From positions 1,726 through 65,725 of the forward strand of contig JAEYWU010000067.1 of NCBI GenBank assembly GCA_023428785.1: DNA of 64,000 nucleotides, given 5' to 3'. This DNA is from Pseudomonadota bacterium (lineage in GTDB: Bacteria > Pseudomonadota > Alphaproteobacteria > Caulobacterales > Caulobacteraceae). The translations under genes and the position numbers were made by a program. Below, piece after piece: positions 10,939 to 18,910 of the stretch (within the stretch, counting starts at the first letter, position 1; each line of letters begins with the position of its first letter). The notes under the pieces are model-generated. The model searched no databases. It saw only the letters and a list, made by a program, of their open reading frames with translations, and had not been told where the DNA came from.

Positions 10939-10967
10939 GCATCCCGTTGAGCCTCCGCCGGCCTCTT
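10939..10967 (+). promoter_or_regulatory. Candidate ECF promoter of module B: GCATCC-N17-CCTCTT
   Basis: GCATCC at 10931 and 10939, in the gap before 11021. Confidence 0.35.
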
Positions 10968-11020
10968 GTCTTCAGAAGGCGGGCGATGGGCACCGTCGAG
11001 ATGGAATAGGGGAATAGATT

Positions 11021-11404
11021 ATGGGTGTCGAAGTCATCGTCCCGCTGGCGTTTTTCACGATGGTCGCGGCCATTGTTCTGGTGCCGGGCTGGCTCAAGAG
11101 CCGGGACCGTCAGGACATGCAGCAAACCGTCCGGCACGCGCTGGACAAGGGTCAGGCCCTGCCGGCCGAACTGGTCGAAGCCCTTGCCCGCGCAGCTCGC
11201 GGCCGCATCGCCACCGCGCACACCGATCTGCGCACCGGCGTGATCTGGCTGGCCATCGCCGCCGGCATCGCCACCTTCGGCTGGGCTGTCGGTTTCGAGG
11301 AGCACGAGGCTGTCGGCCCGATGCTCGGCATCGCCGCCATCCCCGGTTTCATCGGCCTGGCCTTCGTCCTGCTCAGCTTCTTCAACAAGACGAAGGCTGA
11401 CTGA
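11021..11404 (+). CDS. DUF6249-like membrane protein
   Basis: N-terminal TM, ALDKGQALPAEL, DLRTGVIWLAIA, IPGFIGLA. Confidence 0.8.
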   Translation: MGVEVIVPLAFFTMVAAIVLVPGWLKSRDRQDMQQTVRHALDKGQALPAELVEALARAARGRIATAHTDLRTGVIWLAIAAGIATFGWAVGFEEHEAVGPMLGIAAIPGFIGLAFVLLSFFNKTKAD

Positions 11405-11434
11405 TCGCAACGGGACCGAGACGGGGAGACGGCG

Positions 11435-12001
11435 ATGTCCGCCCAACCATCTGGCCTCACCAGGCTCCATGACGTCGAACTGGCCGCCTTCGCGGCGGCC
11501 GGTGGACGCCGGGAGTTCGGCGAACTGGTCCGGCGTCACTCGGCCTCCGTGCGCAGTCTGCTGCGCCGGATGGGCGCCGAGGCCGCCATGGCCGACGACG
11601 TGGCCCAGGACGCCTTCATCCAGGCCTTCGAGCGCTGCTCGGAGTTCCGGGGGGAAGGATCGTTCTCGGCCTGGGTCCGGCGAATCGCCGCCAGGCTCTA
11701 CATCAAGCGCCGCCAGAAGGAGGCGCGCTGGACTGACCTATCGGACGCCGAAGAGCCTGTGGCGTTCATGCCCGACCGGGGGCGGGCGATCGATCTGGAC
11801 GAGGCGCTCAAGGCGCTGAGCGAGGTCGAACGCGTGTGTGTCTCGCTCTGTCACGGAGCGGGGCTGACCCAATCGGAAATCGCGGCAGCCTTGAATTTGC
11901 CGCTCGGCACGGTGAAGTCTCATGTCAAACGTGGTCTGGATAAACTTCGGTCGCGGCTGGACGCCGGGCCGGAACCGCAAGGGAGGCGAGCACATGTCTG
12001 A
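11435..12001 (+). CDS. ECF-type RNA polymerase sigma factor (module B)
   Basis: ADDVAQDAFIQAF, FRGEGSFSAWV, EIAAALNLPLGTVKSHVKRG. Confidence 0.93.
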   Translation: MSAQPSGLTRLHDVELAAFAAAGGRREFGELVRRHSASVRSLLRRMGAEAAMADDVAQDAFIQAFERCSEFRGEGSFSAWVRRIAARLYIKRRQKEARWTDLSDAEEPVAFMPDRGRAIDLDEALKALSEVERVCVSLCHGAGLTQSEIAAALNLPLGTVKSHVKRGLDKLRSRLDAGPEPQGRRAHV

Positions 12002-12398
12002 ACGTGACGCCTTTGATGGCGACATCGAACGGCTGTTCGCACGGCCCCAACCCTTCGAGGACGGCGACGCCTTCGAACAGCGGGTCAGCAAACGGCTCAA
12101 TCGCGGGTGGCGCGCCCGCGCTGTCGTCCTGACGGCGGCCGGCGGCGTCGGCGGCTTCTTCGCGGTCCGCGAGGCGGTAGGCTCGGGCCTCTCGGGTGGC
12201 CTGGCCCGTCTGTCCAGCGAATCCGACGAGGTCACCCAGGCCGCGTCGAACCTGGATCTGGAGACGGCGATGTCGTGGTTTTCCGATGGCGGAGCAGGCT
12301 TGGCCATGGCCCCGACTATGCCTCTGTTCTGGCTGGTTTCAGGCCTGGTGATCGTGGCTGCGGTCTTCACGGCCCTGAAGGCCAGCGAGGTCAACTGA
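11994..12398 (+). CDS. Putative membrane anti-sigma factor (module B)
   Basis: ATG 11994 overlaps the sigma 3' end; DGDAFEQRVSKRL, then hydrophobic segments. Confidence 0.65.
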   Translation: MSERDAFDGDIERLFARPQPFEDGDAFEQRVSKRLNRGWRARAVVLTAAGGVGGFFAVREAVGSGLSGGLARLSSESDEVTQAASNLDLETAMSWFSDGGAGLAMAPTMPLFWLVSGLVIVAAVFTALKASEVN

Positions 12399-12449
12399 GG
12401 CCGCGTCGACAAAAAGCCCCGATTGGAGGCTCAGCTTGCGTTGCGGCGG

Positions 12450-12485
12450 GCGCCGCGAACCTCTAGGTTCGCGGCGCTTTGTTTT
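12450..12485 (+). terminator. Intrinsic terminator closing the ECF cluster
   Basis: 12-bp stem GCGCCGCGAACC/GGTTCGCGGCGC, TCTA loop, followed by TTTGTTTT. Confidence 0.65.
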
Positions 12486-12517
12486 CGGCCTGTTGCGGCC
12501 ATGGGGAGACGTCATTC

Positions 12518-13291
12518 GTGTCCGACGTATTTGAAGAGGTCGAGGAAAACCTCCGCACCGAGCGCTGGATCGCGCTAGCCAAGCGCTGGTGGCCGGTCGC
12601 CGCCGGCGTGGCCGCGGCCGCGTTGCTGGTGGTCGCCGGCTTCTGGTTCTTCGACGCCCGCAAGGGCTGGACGGGCGCGGAAGCATCCCAGGCCTATCAG
12701 CGGGGCATCGATGCTCTGCAGGCGGACAATGAGTCCGGCGCCGAGGCCGCCTTCGTCGAGGCCGAAGAGGCCGGCAACCCGGCCTATCGGGCCCTGGCCT
12801 TGATGCAGCGCGCCGCGATCCGCATCGAGAATGGCGAGACCCAGGAGGCCGTCGCCCTGTTCGACGAGGCCGCCGACGCCACCAACGAACCCCTGATCGC
12901 CGACATCGCCGCGCTTAAGGCCGCCTGGACCCTGATGGACAGCGCCTCGCTCGAGGACCTGACCGTCCGGCTCACGCCCCTGACCGAGGACGGTCGTCCG
13001 TTCCGCTATCACGCCCGTGAGGCCCTGGCCCTGGCCCGCCTCCAGCACGGCCAGTCCGACCAGGCCCGGCAGACGCTTCAGGCCCTGTCGCTCGAGCTGG
13101 ACGTGCCCGAGAACGTGCGTGAACGCGCCCAGATTGCGCTCGGCCTGATCGAATCCGGCGCCACCGAGGCCATCCCCGGCATCGTCGAGGCCGCAGGCCG
13201 CGCCGCCGAGACCGACGCCGCCCAGGGCCAGCGCCCCGGCGCCGCGCCCCAAGCTTCTGCGCCCGCGGCTCCCGCCGCGCCCGAACAATGA
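12518..13291 (+). CDS. TPR-like single-TM protein (YfgM/DUF2659-type)
   Basis: GTG start, DVFEEVEENLR..R, TM, Ala-rich helical repeats; first gene of the bamB-der operon. Confidence 0.85.
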   Translation: MSDVFEEVEENLRTERWIALAKRWWPVAAGVAAAALLVVAGFWFFDARKGWTGAEASQAYQRGIDALQADNESGAEAAFVEAEEAGNPAYRALALMQRAAIRIENGETQEAVALFDEAADATNEPLIADIAALKAAWTLMDSASLEDLTVRLTPLTEDGRPFRYHAREALALARLQHGQSDQARQTLQALSLELDVPENVRERAQIALGLIESGATEAIPGIVEAAGRAAETDAAQGQRPGAAPQASAPAAPAAPEQ

Positions 13292-13311
13292 TCCGACGCG
13301 AGTTCCCGTCC

Positions 13312-14736
13312 ATGCATGCGAACCTGAAGATCGTCTCGACCGCCGCCCTCTGCGCCCTGCTGGCGGGGTGCTCGACGGTCAGCAACACCGCCTCGCGCCT
13401 GTGGCCCTTCGGCGAGGACGAAGGCCCGCAGGCCGTCGCCTCCGAGGGCGAGCGCGTCTCGATCCTGCAGTTCGAACAGACCGTCGAGGTCGCCTCCGAA
13501 CTGGCCAACCGCACAATCAGCTTGCCGGCGCCCCAGGCCGTGACGGCCTGGACCCAGCCCGGCGGCACCGCCGAAAACCTGATCGAGCACGCCCAGGCCG
13601 GTGAAGGCTTCCAGGTCGCCTGGCGCCGCGATATCGGCGCCGGTTCGGGCACCCGCACCCAGGTGACCTCGCCGATCGTGGCCGCCGATGGCCGCATCTA
13701 TGTGATGGACGGCCACAATGAGATCTCGGCGGTGGACGCCGCCTCGGGTTCGACCATCTGGCGTCACTCGGTCACCAATGACGAGCGCGACCGCCGTAGC
13801 CTGTTCTCGCTGTCCTTCGGCGGCGGCGAGGCCAACCAGGGCTTCGGCGGCGGTCTGGCTGTGGCCGGTGGCCGGGTCTTCGTGACTTCGGGCCTGCGCG
13901 TCGTCACCGCCCTCGACGCAACGACCGGCGACGTCGTCTGGACGTCCGAGGTCGAAAGCCCGATCCACGGCGCCCCGACCGTGTCCGGTAACCGCGTCTA
14001 TGCCGTGGACGTCGACAATCAGGTCATCGCCTTCGACACAGCCACCGGCGCCCAGGCCTGGTCCTATCAGGCCATCGCCGAACCGGCCCGCATCCTGCGC
14101 GCCTCCAGCCCGGCCGTGACTGGCGAGACGGTCGTGACCCCGTTCTCCTCGGGCGAACTGATCGCGCTGCGCTCGTCCAACGGCCAGCCGCTGTGGCAGC
14201 AGGTCCTGTCGCGCACCAACCGCACCAACGCTCTGTCGGAAATCCGCGACATCGCCGGCCGCCCGGTCATTTCGCGCGGCATGGTCTATGCGGGCAGCCA
14301 CTCGGGCCTGTTCGCCGCCATGGACGTGCGCTCGGGCACGCCGCGCTGGCAGCTGCCGATCGCCACCCTGAACGCCCCCTGGGTCGCGGGTGACGCGGTC
14401 TATGTCACCTCCAAGGCCGGCGAGCTGATCGCCATCAACCGCGATACCGGTCAGGTCTACTGGATCCACGACATCAACGAGAACCGCAGCCGTCAGGTCG
14501 GCGGCGTGTTCGGTCTGTTCGACCGAGAGGTCCGTCCGATCTGGTCGGGCCCGCTGCTGGCGACCAACCGACTGGTGCTGGTCAGCTCGGAAGGAGAGGC
14601 CGTGGCTCTCGACGCCCGCACCGGCGCCGAGCAGGCGTCCCTTAACCTCGGTGGTCCGGCCTATATCGCGCCCATCGCCTACAACGGCATGATCTACGTC
14701 CTCACCGACGAAGGTCAGCTGGTGGCGATCCGCTGA
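13312..14736 (+). CDS. bamB: PQQ-like beta-propeller lipoprotein (BamB-like)
   Basis: Lipobox LLAGC; repeated A.DA.TG...W blades; between yfgM-like and der. Confidence 0.75.
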   Translation: MHANLKIVSTAALCALLAGCSTVSNTASRLWPFGEDEGPQAVASEGERVSILQFEQTVEVASELANRTISLPAPQAVTAWTQPGGTAENLIEHAQAGEGFQVAWRRDIGAGSGTRTQVTSPIVAADGRIYVMDGHNEISAVDAASGSTIWRHSVTNDERDRRSLFSLSFGGGEANQGFGGGLAVAGGRVFVTSGLRVVTALDATTGDVVWTSEVESPIHGAPTVSGNRVYAVDVDNQVIAFDTATGAQAWSYQAIAEPARILRASSPAVTGETVVTPFSSGELIALRSSNGQPLWQQVLSRTNRTNALSEIRDIAGRPVISRGMVYAGSHSGLFAAMDVRSGTPRWQLPIATLNAPWVAGDAVYVTSKAGELIAINRDTGQVYWIHDINENRSRQVGGVFGLFDREVRPIWSGPLLATNRLVLVSSEGEAVALDARTGAEQASLNLGGPAYIAPIAYNGMIYVLTDEGQLVAIR

Positions 14737-14752
14737 GTTCGTAAATCGACAG

Positions 14753-14844
14753 GGCCGGGCTTGTCCCGGCCATCCATCACCGCGATGCTGGCGCAAGGTC
14801 CGCAGGCGGCAGCGCTTTTGGACCCCCGGGACAAGCCCCGGGGG
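14753..14844. repeat. REP-like palindromic doublet
   Basis: GGGCTTGTCCCGG (14757-14769) and exact reverse complement CCGGGACAAGCCC (14826-14838), each within its own short hairpin. Confidence 0.65.
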
Positions 14845-14878
14845 TAATGCGTTTCTGGAAGACGAAGGTTCTGGAGCT

Positions 14879-16444
14879 GTGACACTCAAGGTCGCGATCG
14901 TCGGACGGCCGAATGTCGGCAAGTCGACCCTGTTCAACCGCCTGGCCGGCAAGAAGCTGGCCATAGTGGACGACCGGCCGGGCGTGACCCGCGACCGGCG
15001 CTATGCGCGCGGCACGCTGGGCGACATCGACCTGACCCTGATCGACACGGCGGGCTTCGAGGACGTCACCGATGAAAGCTTGGAGGCGCGCATGCGCCGC
15101 CAGACAGAGCTCGCTGTCGAGGAAGCCGACCTGATCCTGTTCGTCATCGACGCGCGCGAAGGCGTCACGCCGCTCGACCGCATCTTCGGCGACATGGTCC
15201 GCAAGCGCGACAAGCCGACGATCCTCATCGGCAACAAATCCGAGGGCAAGGCAGGCGACCTGGGCCTGGCCGAGGGACCGCGCCTGGGCTTCGGCGATCC
15301 GATCCCGCTGTCGGCCGAGCACGGCGAGGGCATGGCCGACCTTTACGCCGCCGTCGCGCCCTACGAGCCCGAAATCGACGAAGACGAGGATGATGCCGAC
15401 AAGCCCGTCATGGTCGCCATCATGGGCCGCCCGAACGCGGGCAAGTCGACCCTCGTCAACCGCCTGATCGGCGAGGACCGGATGCTGACCGGCCCCGAGG
15501 CCGGCATCACCCGCGATTCGATCTCGGTCGACTTCACATGGGGCGACCGTCCGGTCCGGCTGGTCGACACCGCCGGCATGCGCCGCAAGGCCCGCGTGCA
15601 GGAAAAGCTTGAGAAGCTGTCGGTCGCCGACACCATCCGCGCCCTGACCTTCGCCGAGGTCGTTGTTCTGGTCATGGACGAGGCCAACGCCTTCGACACC
15701 CAGGACCTGCAGCTGGCCGATCTGGTCGAGCGAGAGGGCAGGGCGGTCGTCTACTGCATCGCCAAATGGGACCAGGTCGAGGACGGCAAGGAGCGGATGG
15801 CCCATTTCCGCGAACACGCCGACCGCATGCTGCCTCAGCTCAAGGGCGCGCCGCTCGTCGGCCTGTCGGCCCTGACTGGCCGGGGCGTGAACGCCCTGAT
15901 GCCCGCTGTCTTCGAGGCGCACCGCCAGTGGTCGGCCAAGGTCAAGACACGCGACCTCAACGACTGGCTGGCCATGGCCGTCCAGCGCCACCCGCCTCCC
16001 GCCGTGGACGGCCGTCGCCTCAAGCCGAAATACGTCACCCAGATCAAGGCGCGCCCGCCGACCTTCGTGCTCTTCGCCAATCGCGCGGCATCCATGCCCG
16101 AGAGCTACAGGCGCTATCTGATCAACAGCATGCGCGAGAGTTTCGACCTGCCGGGCGTGCCCATGCGCCTGACCGTCAAGTCGGGCGCCAATCCGTTCGC
16201 CGAGGGGCCAGGGCCCGAAAAGACGGCTCCTCGCCGCAAGGTGAAGGCCGACGCCGCCGAAGCCGCGCCCGCCAAACCGAAGAAGGCCAAAATTTTCACC
16301 AAGACCGTCAGCGGCACCAAGACCGGCGCCAAGAAGAAGTCCGGCACGACCGTCGTCGTCGGCAAGCGCGCTCGCGGCGGTGCGAGGCAGGTCAGCCGGT
16401 CAGGGCGGGTGCGCCCGGGTCAGAAGGGCGGCGGGAAGAAGTGA
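14879..16444 (+). CDS. der: Ribosome biogenesis GTPase Der with long basic C-terminal tail
   Basis: Two G domains (GRPNVGKS/DTAG and GRPNAGKS/DTAG), KH-like domain, then a Lys/Arg/Gly-rich tail. Confidence 0.97.
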   Translation: MTLKVAIVGRPNVGKSTLFNRLAGKKLAIVDDRPGVTRDRRYARGTLGDIDLTLIDTAGFEDVTDESLEARMRRQTELAVEEADLILFVIDAREGVTPLDRIFGDMVRKRDKPTILIGNKSEGKAGDLGLAEGPRLGFGDPIPLSAEHGEGMADLYAAVAPYEPEIDEDEDDADKPVMVAIMGRPNAGKSTLVNRLIGEDRMLTGPEAGITRDSISVDFTWGDRPVRLVDTAGMRRKARVQEKLEKLSVADTIRALTFAEVVVLVMDEANAFDTQDLQLADLVEREGRAVVYCIAKWDQVEDGKERMAHFREHADRMLPQLKGAPLVGLSALTGRGVNALMPAVFEAHRQWSAKVKTRDLNDWLAMAVQRHPPPAVDGRRLKPKYVTQIKARPPTFVLFANRAASMPESYRRYLINSMRESFDLPGVPMRLTVKSGANPFAEGPGPEKTAPRRKVKADAAEAAPAKPKKAKIFTKTVSGTKTGAKKKSGTTVVVGKRARGGARQVSRSGRVRPGQKGGGKK

Positions 16445-16914
16445 TGCTGGGCGCCATCGTCTTCGCCCTGGCCTTGACGCAGACTTCCAGCGCAGGGCCT
16501 GCCTGCGACAATGACGGTTCCACCATCGCCCTGAACGCCTGTGCGCGGCAGAATCTCGACATCGAGCAGGCGCGCATGGAGCACTATCTGGCGGCTGCTC
16601 GCGAAGCGGCGCGGCGCGGCGACCTGTCTACGGCCGAATACGGCGGCCTGCCGACCCAGCAGGTCGCTTACCTGAGCGCCTCCCAGGCGGCGTGGACCGC
16701 CTATGCGGAAATCACCTGCGCGGGCGTCCACGACCAGTACGCCGGCGGCTCGATCCGCACGCTGATGCACCTAGGTTGCTTGCGTCAAATGACTCACGAG
16801 CGCACGCAGGTGATCTGGCGCGATCACCTGACCTATGCCGACAGCACGCCGCCGGTTCTGCCAGAGCCGTCGGCCCCAGCATTGGCTAACCTGCCCGCGC
16901 CCATCTGGCCGTAG
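16444..16914 (+). CDS. Lysozyme inhibitor LprI family (DUF1311) secreted protein
   Basis: Signal peptide, C...ST..LNAC, L.ASQAAW.AY...C, GGSI....C...MT.ER. Confidence 0.8.
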   Translation: MLGAIVFALALTQTSSAGPACDNDGSTIALNACARQNLDIEQARMEHYLAAAREAARRGDLSTAEYGGLPTQQVAYLSASQAAWTAYAEITCAGVHDQYAGGSIRTLMHLGCLRQMTHERTQVIWRDHLTYADSTPPVLPEPSAPALANLPAPIWP

Positions 16915-17078
16915 AGGGCGGCCCGTCTTGCTCCCAGGCACGATAAGTCGGATGCCCGGCGCTGGACGTGCTATGGCTGTCCTGCCGATCGGTGGGGAGG
17001 CCGGGGCGATCCTTCCCGCTCGTACACCAACGGGACTTTCGCTTCGCGAGTCCGTCGGTGATTGAAAGGGGGCCAGCC

Positions 17079-18098
17079 GTGGCTGCCCACCCATTACCCA
17101 CTGTCGGCATCGACCTCGCCATGGCGGTGATCAAGTCGTCCGATGCGCCGCTGTTGCTGCTCAACGAAAACCTGTCGGTCCTGGCCGCCAGCCGGTCCTT
17201 CTCCCAGGCCTTCGATCTTGACCCCAAGCGGGTTGTTTCGCGGCCCCTGGGGGCACTGGGCGTCGGCGAGTGGAACGGGGCCCAGCTCCGCGTCCTGCTG
17301 GAGGCCACGGCCGCCGGCGCCGCCGAGATAGAAGCCTATGAGATGGACCTGAAGCGGGGTCCATCCAACGTGCGCAAGCTGCTGGTGAACGCCCACAAGC
17401 TCGAATATCCCGGTGTGGATTCGTCGCTGCTTCTCGTTTCAATTTCCGACGTCACCGACGCCCGCAAACACGATCGCGAACGCGATGACCTGCTGCGCGA
17501 AAAGGGTATCCTGCTTCAGGAGATCCAGCACCGCGTCGCCAATAGCCTGCAGATCATCGCCAGCGTCCTCATGCAGAGCGCCCGCAAGGTCCAGTCCGAA
17601 GAGACCCGCTCCCACCTGACCGACGCGCATCGCCGGGTGATGTCCATCGCCACCCTGCAAAAGCAATTGGCCGTATCGTCGCTCGGATCGGTGGAACTCG
17701 GCCCGTACCTGACCAGCCTGTGCGATTCGATCGGGGCCTCGATGATCCACGACCAGAACCAGATTTCACTGGTTGTCGAGGTGGCGCCCACATCGGTGTC
17801 GGCAGATCAGTCGGTCAGCCTGGGCCTGACCGTGACCGAGCTTGTCATCAACGCGCTGAAGCACGCCTTCCCCGACCATCGCCAGGGCGTGATTACGGTC
17901 GGTTACGCGTCCACAGGAGAGGCTTGGACATTGTCTGTGTGCGACGATGGGGTCGGGATGCCAACGGACGTAGAGTCAGCCAAGCCCGGTCTTGGAACCA
18001 GCATCGTCGAGGCCCTGTCCAATCAGCTGGAGTGCCGGGTCGAGGTTAGTGACGAACAGCCAGGAACGCGGGTGTCGATCATCCACGAGCCCGCGTAG
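17079..18098 (+). CDS. Cytoplasmic PAS-HisKA_2 sensor histidine kinase
   Basis: EIQHRVANSLQIIAS H-box, ELVINALKHAF, DDGVG, GLGTSIV; GTG after AAAGGGGG. Confidence 0.88.
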   Translation: MAAHPLPTVGIDLAMAVIKSSDAPLLLLNENLSVLAASRSFSQAFDLDPKRVVSRPLGALGVGEWNGAQLRVLLEATAAGAAEIEAYEMDLKRGPSNVRKLLVNAHKLEYPGVDSSLLLVSISDVTDARKHDRERDDLLREKGILLQEIQHRVANSLQIIASVLMQSARKVQSEETRSHLTDAHRRVMSIATLQKQLAVSSLGSVELGPYLTSLCDSIGASMIHDQNQISLVVEVAPTSVSADQSVSLGLTVTELVINALKHAFPDHRQGVITVGYASTGEAWTLSVCDDGVGMPTDVESAKPGLGTSIVEALSNQLECRVEVSDEQPGTRVSIIHEPA

Positions 18099-18151
18099 GC
18101 CTAGCCGGTGAGATTATTCCGGCTGCGCGTCCATGTGCGGACCGTGGACGC

Positions 18152-18889
18152 TTAGGTTCCGGCCTTCCACTCGACGAAGCTGACATCCAGCTCCGGCGTC
18201 CGGTCCGGCCGGCACAGATCGACCATCAGCGGGCCAATCTCCGACGGCTCCGGATGCTTCATCGGATCCTCGCCCGGATAGGCTTGGGCCCGAAGACGCG
18301 TCCGCATACGGCCCGGATCGACGACCGAGACGCGGATCGGCGTGTTCTCGATCTCGTCGGCCCAGCACTTCACCATGGCCTCGGCTCCGGCCTTGGTCGC
18401 GGCGTAGGCCCCCCAGAAGGCCTTGGGCGCGTGGGCGACAGACGAGGTGACATAGACGGCCCGTCCGGCGTCCGACATCCGCAGCAGCGGCTCGAACGAA
18501 CGGATCAGGCGATAGACGCCGGTGAAGTTGATCTTCTCGATCTTGGCGAACTCGCGCGGCTCGGCGTGGCTGACGGGCGTCAGGCCGCTGGTCCCCAGCA
18601 TGGCCGCGGTATGGACCCAGGCGTCAATCCGCCCGAAACGCTCGAAGACCGCCCCGCCCAGCCGGTCGATCGCTCCACCATCCACCAGATCGAAGGGCAC
18701 GAGCGTGGCTCTCTCTCCGGTCGCCTTGAGGATTTCGTCGTCCAGCTCTTCCAGGCCGCCCTGGGTGCGGGCGCAGGCGACGACGTGCGCCCCGGCCTTG
18801 GCCAGGGCCAGGGCTGATGCATAGCCGATGCCGCGCGATGCGCCGGTGATGACCGCGATGCGGTCCTTGAGCGGAAGATTGTCAGACAT
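18152..18889 (-). CDS. SDR family oxidoreductase (YciK-like)
   Basis: TGASRGIG, YAATK, PGRMRTRLRAQAYPGED. Confidence 0.9.
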   Translation of the reverse strand: MSDNLPLKDRIAVITGASRGIGYASALALAKAGAHVVACARTQGGLEELDDEILKATGERATLVPFDLVDGGAIDRLGGAVFERFGRIDAWVHTAAMLGTSGLTPVSHAEPREFAKIEKINFTGVYRLIRSFEPLLRMSDAGRAVYVTSSVAHAPKAFWGAYAATKAGAEAMVKCWADEIENTPIRVSVVDPGRMRTRLRAQAYPGEDPMKHPEPSEIGPLMVDLCRPDRTPELDVSFVEWKAGT

Positions 18890-18910
18890 GGCGCGGCTGA
18901 TAGCCGACGG

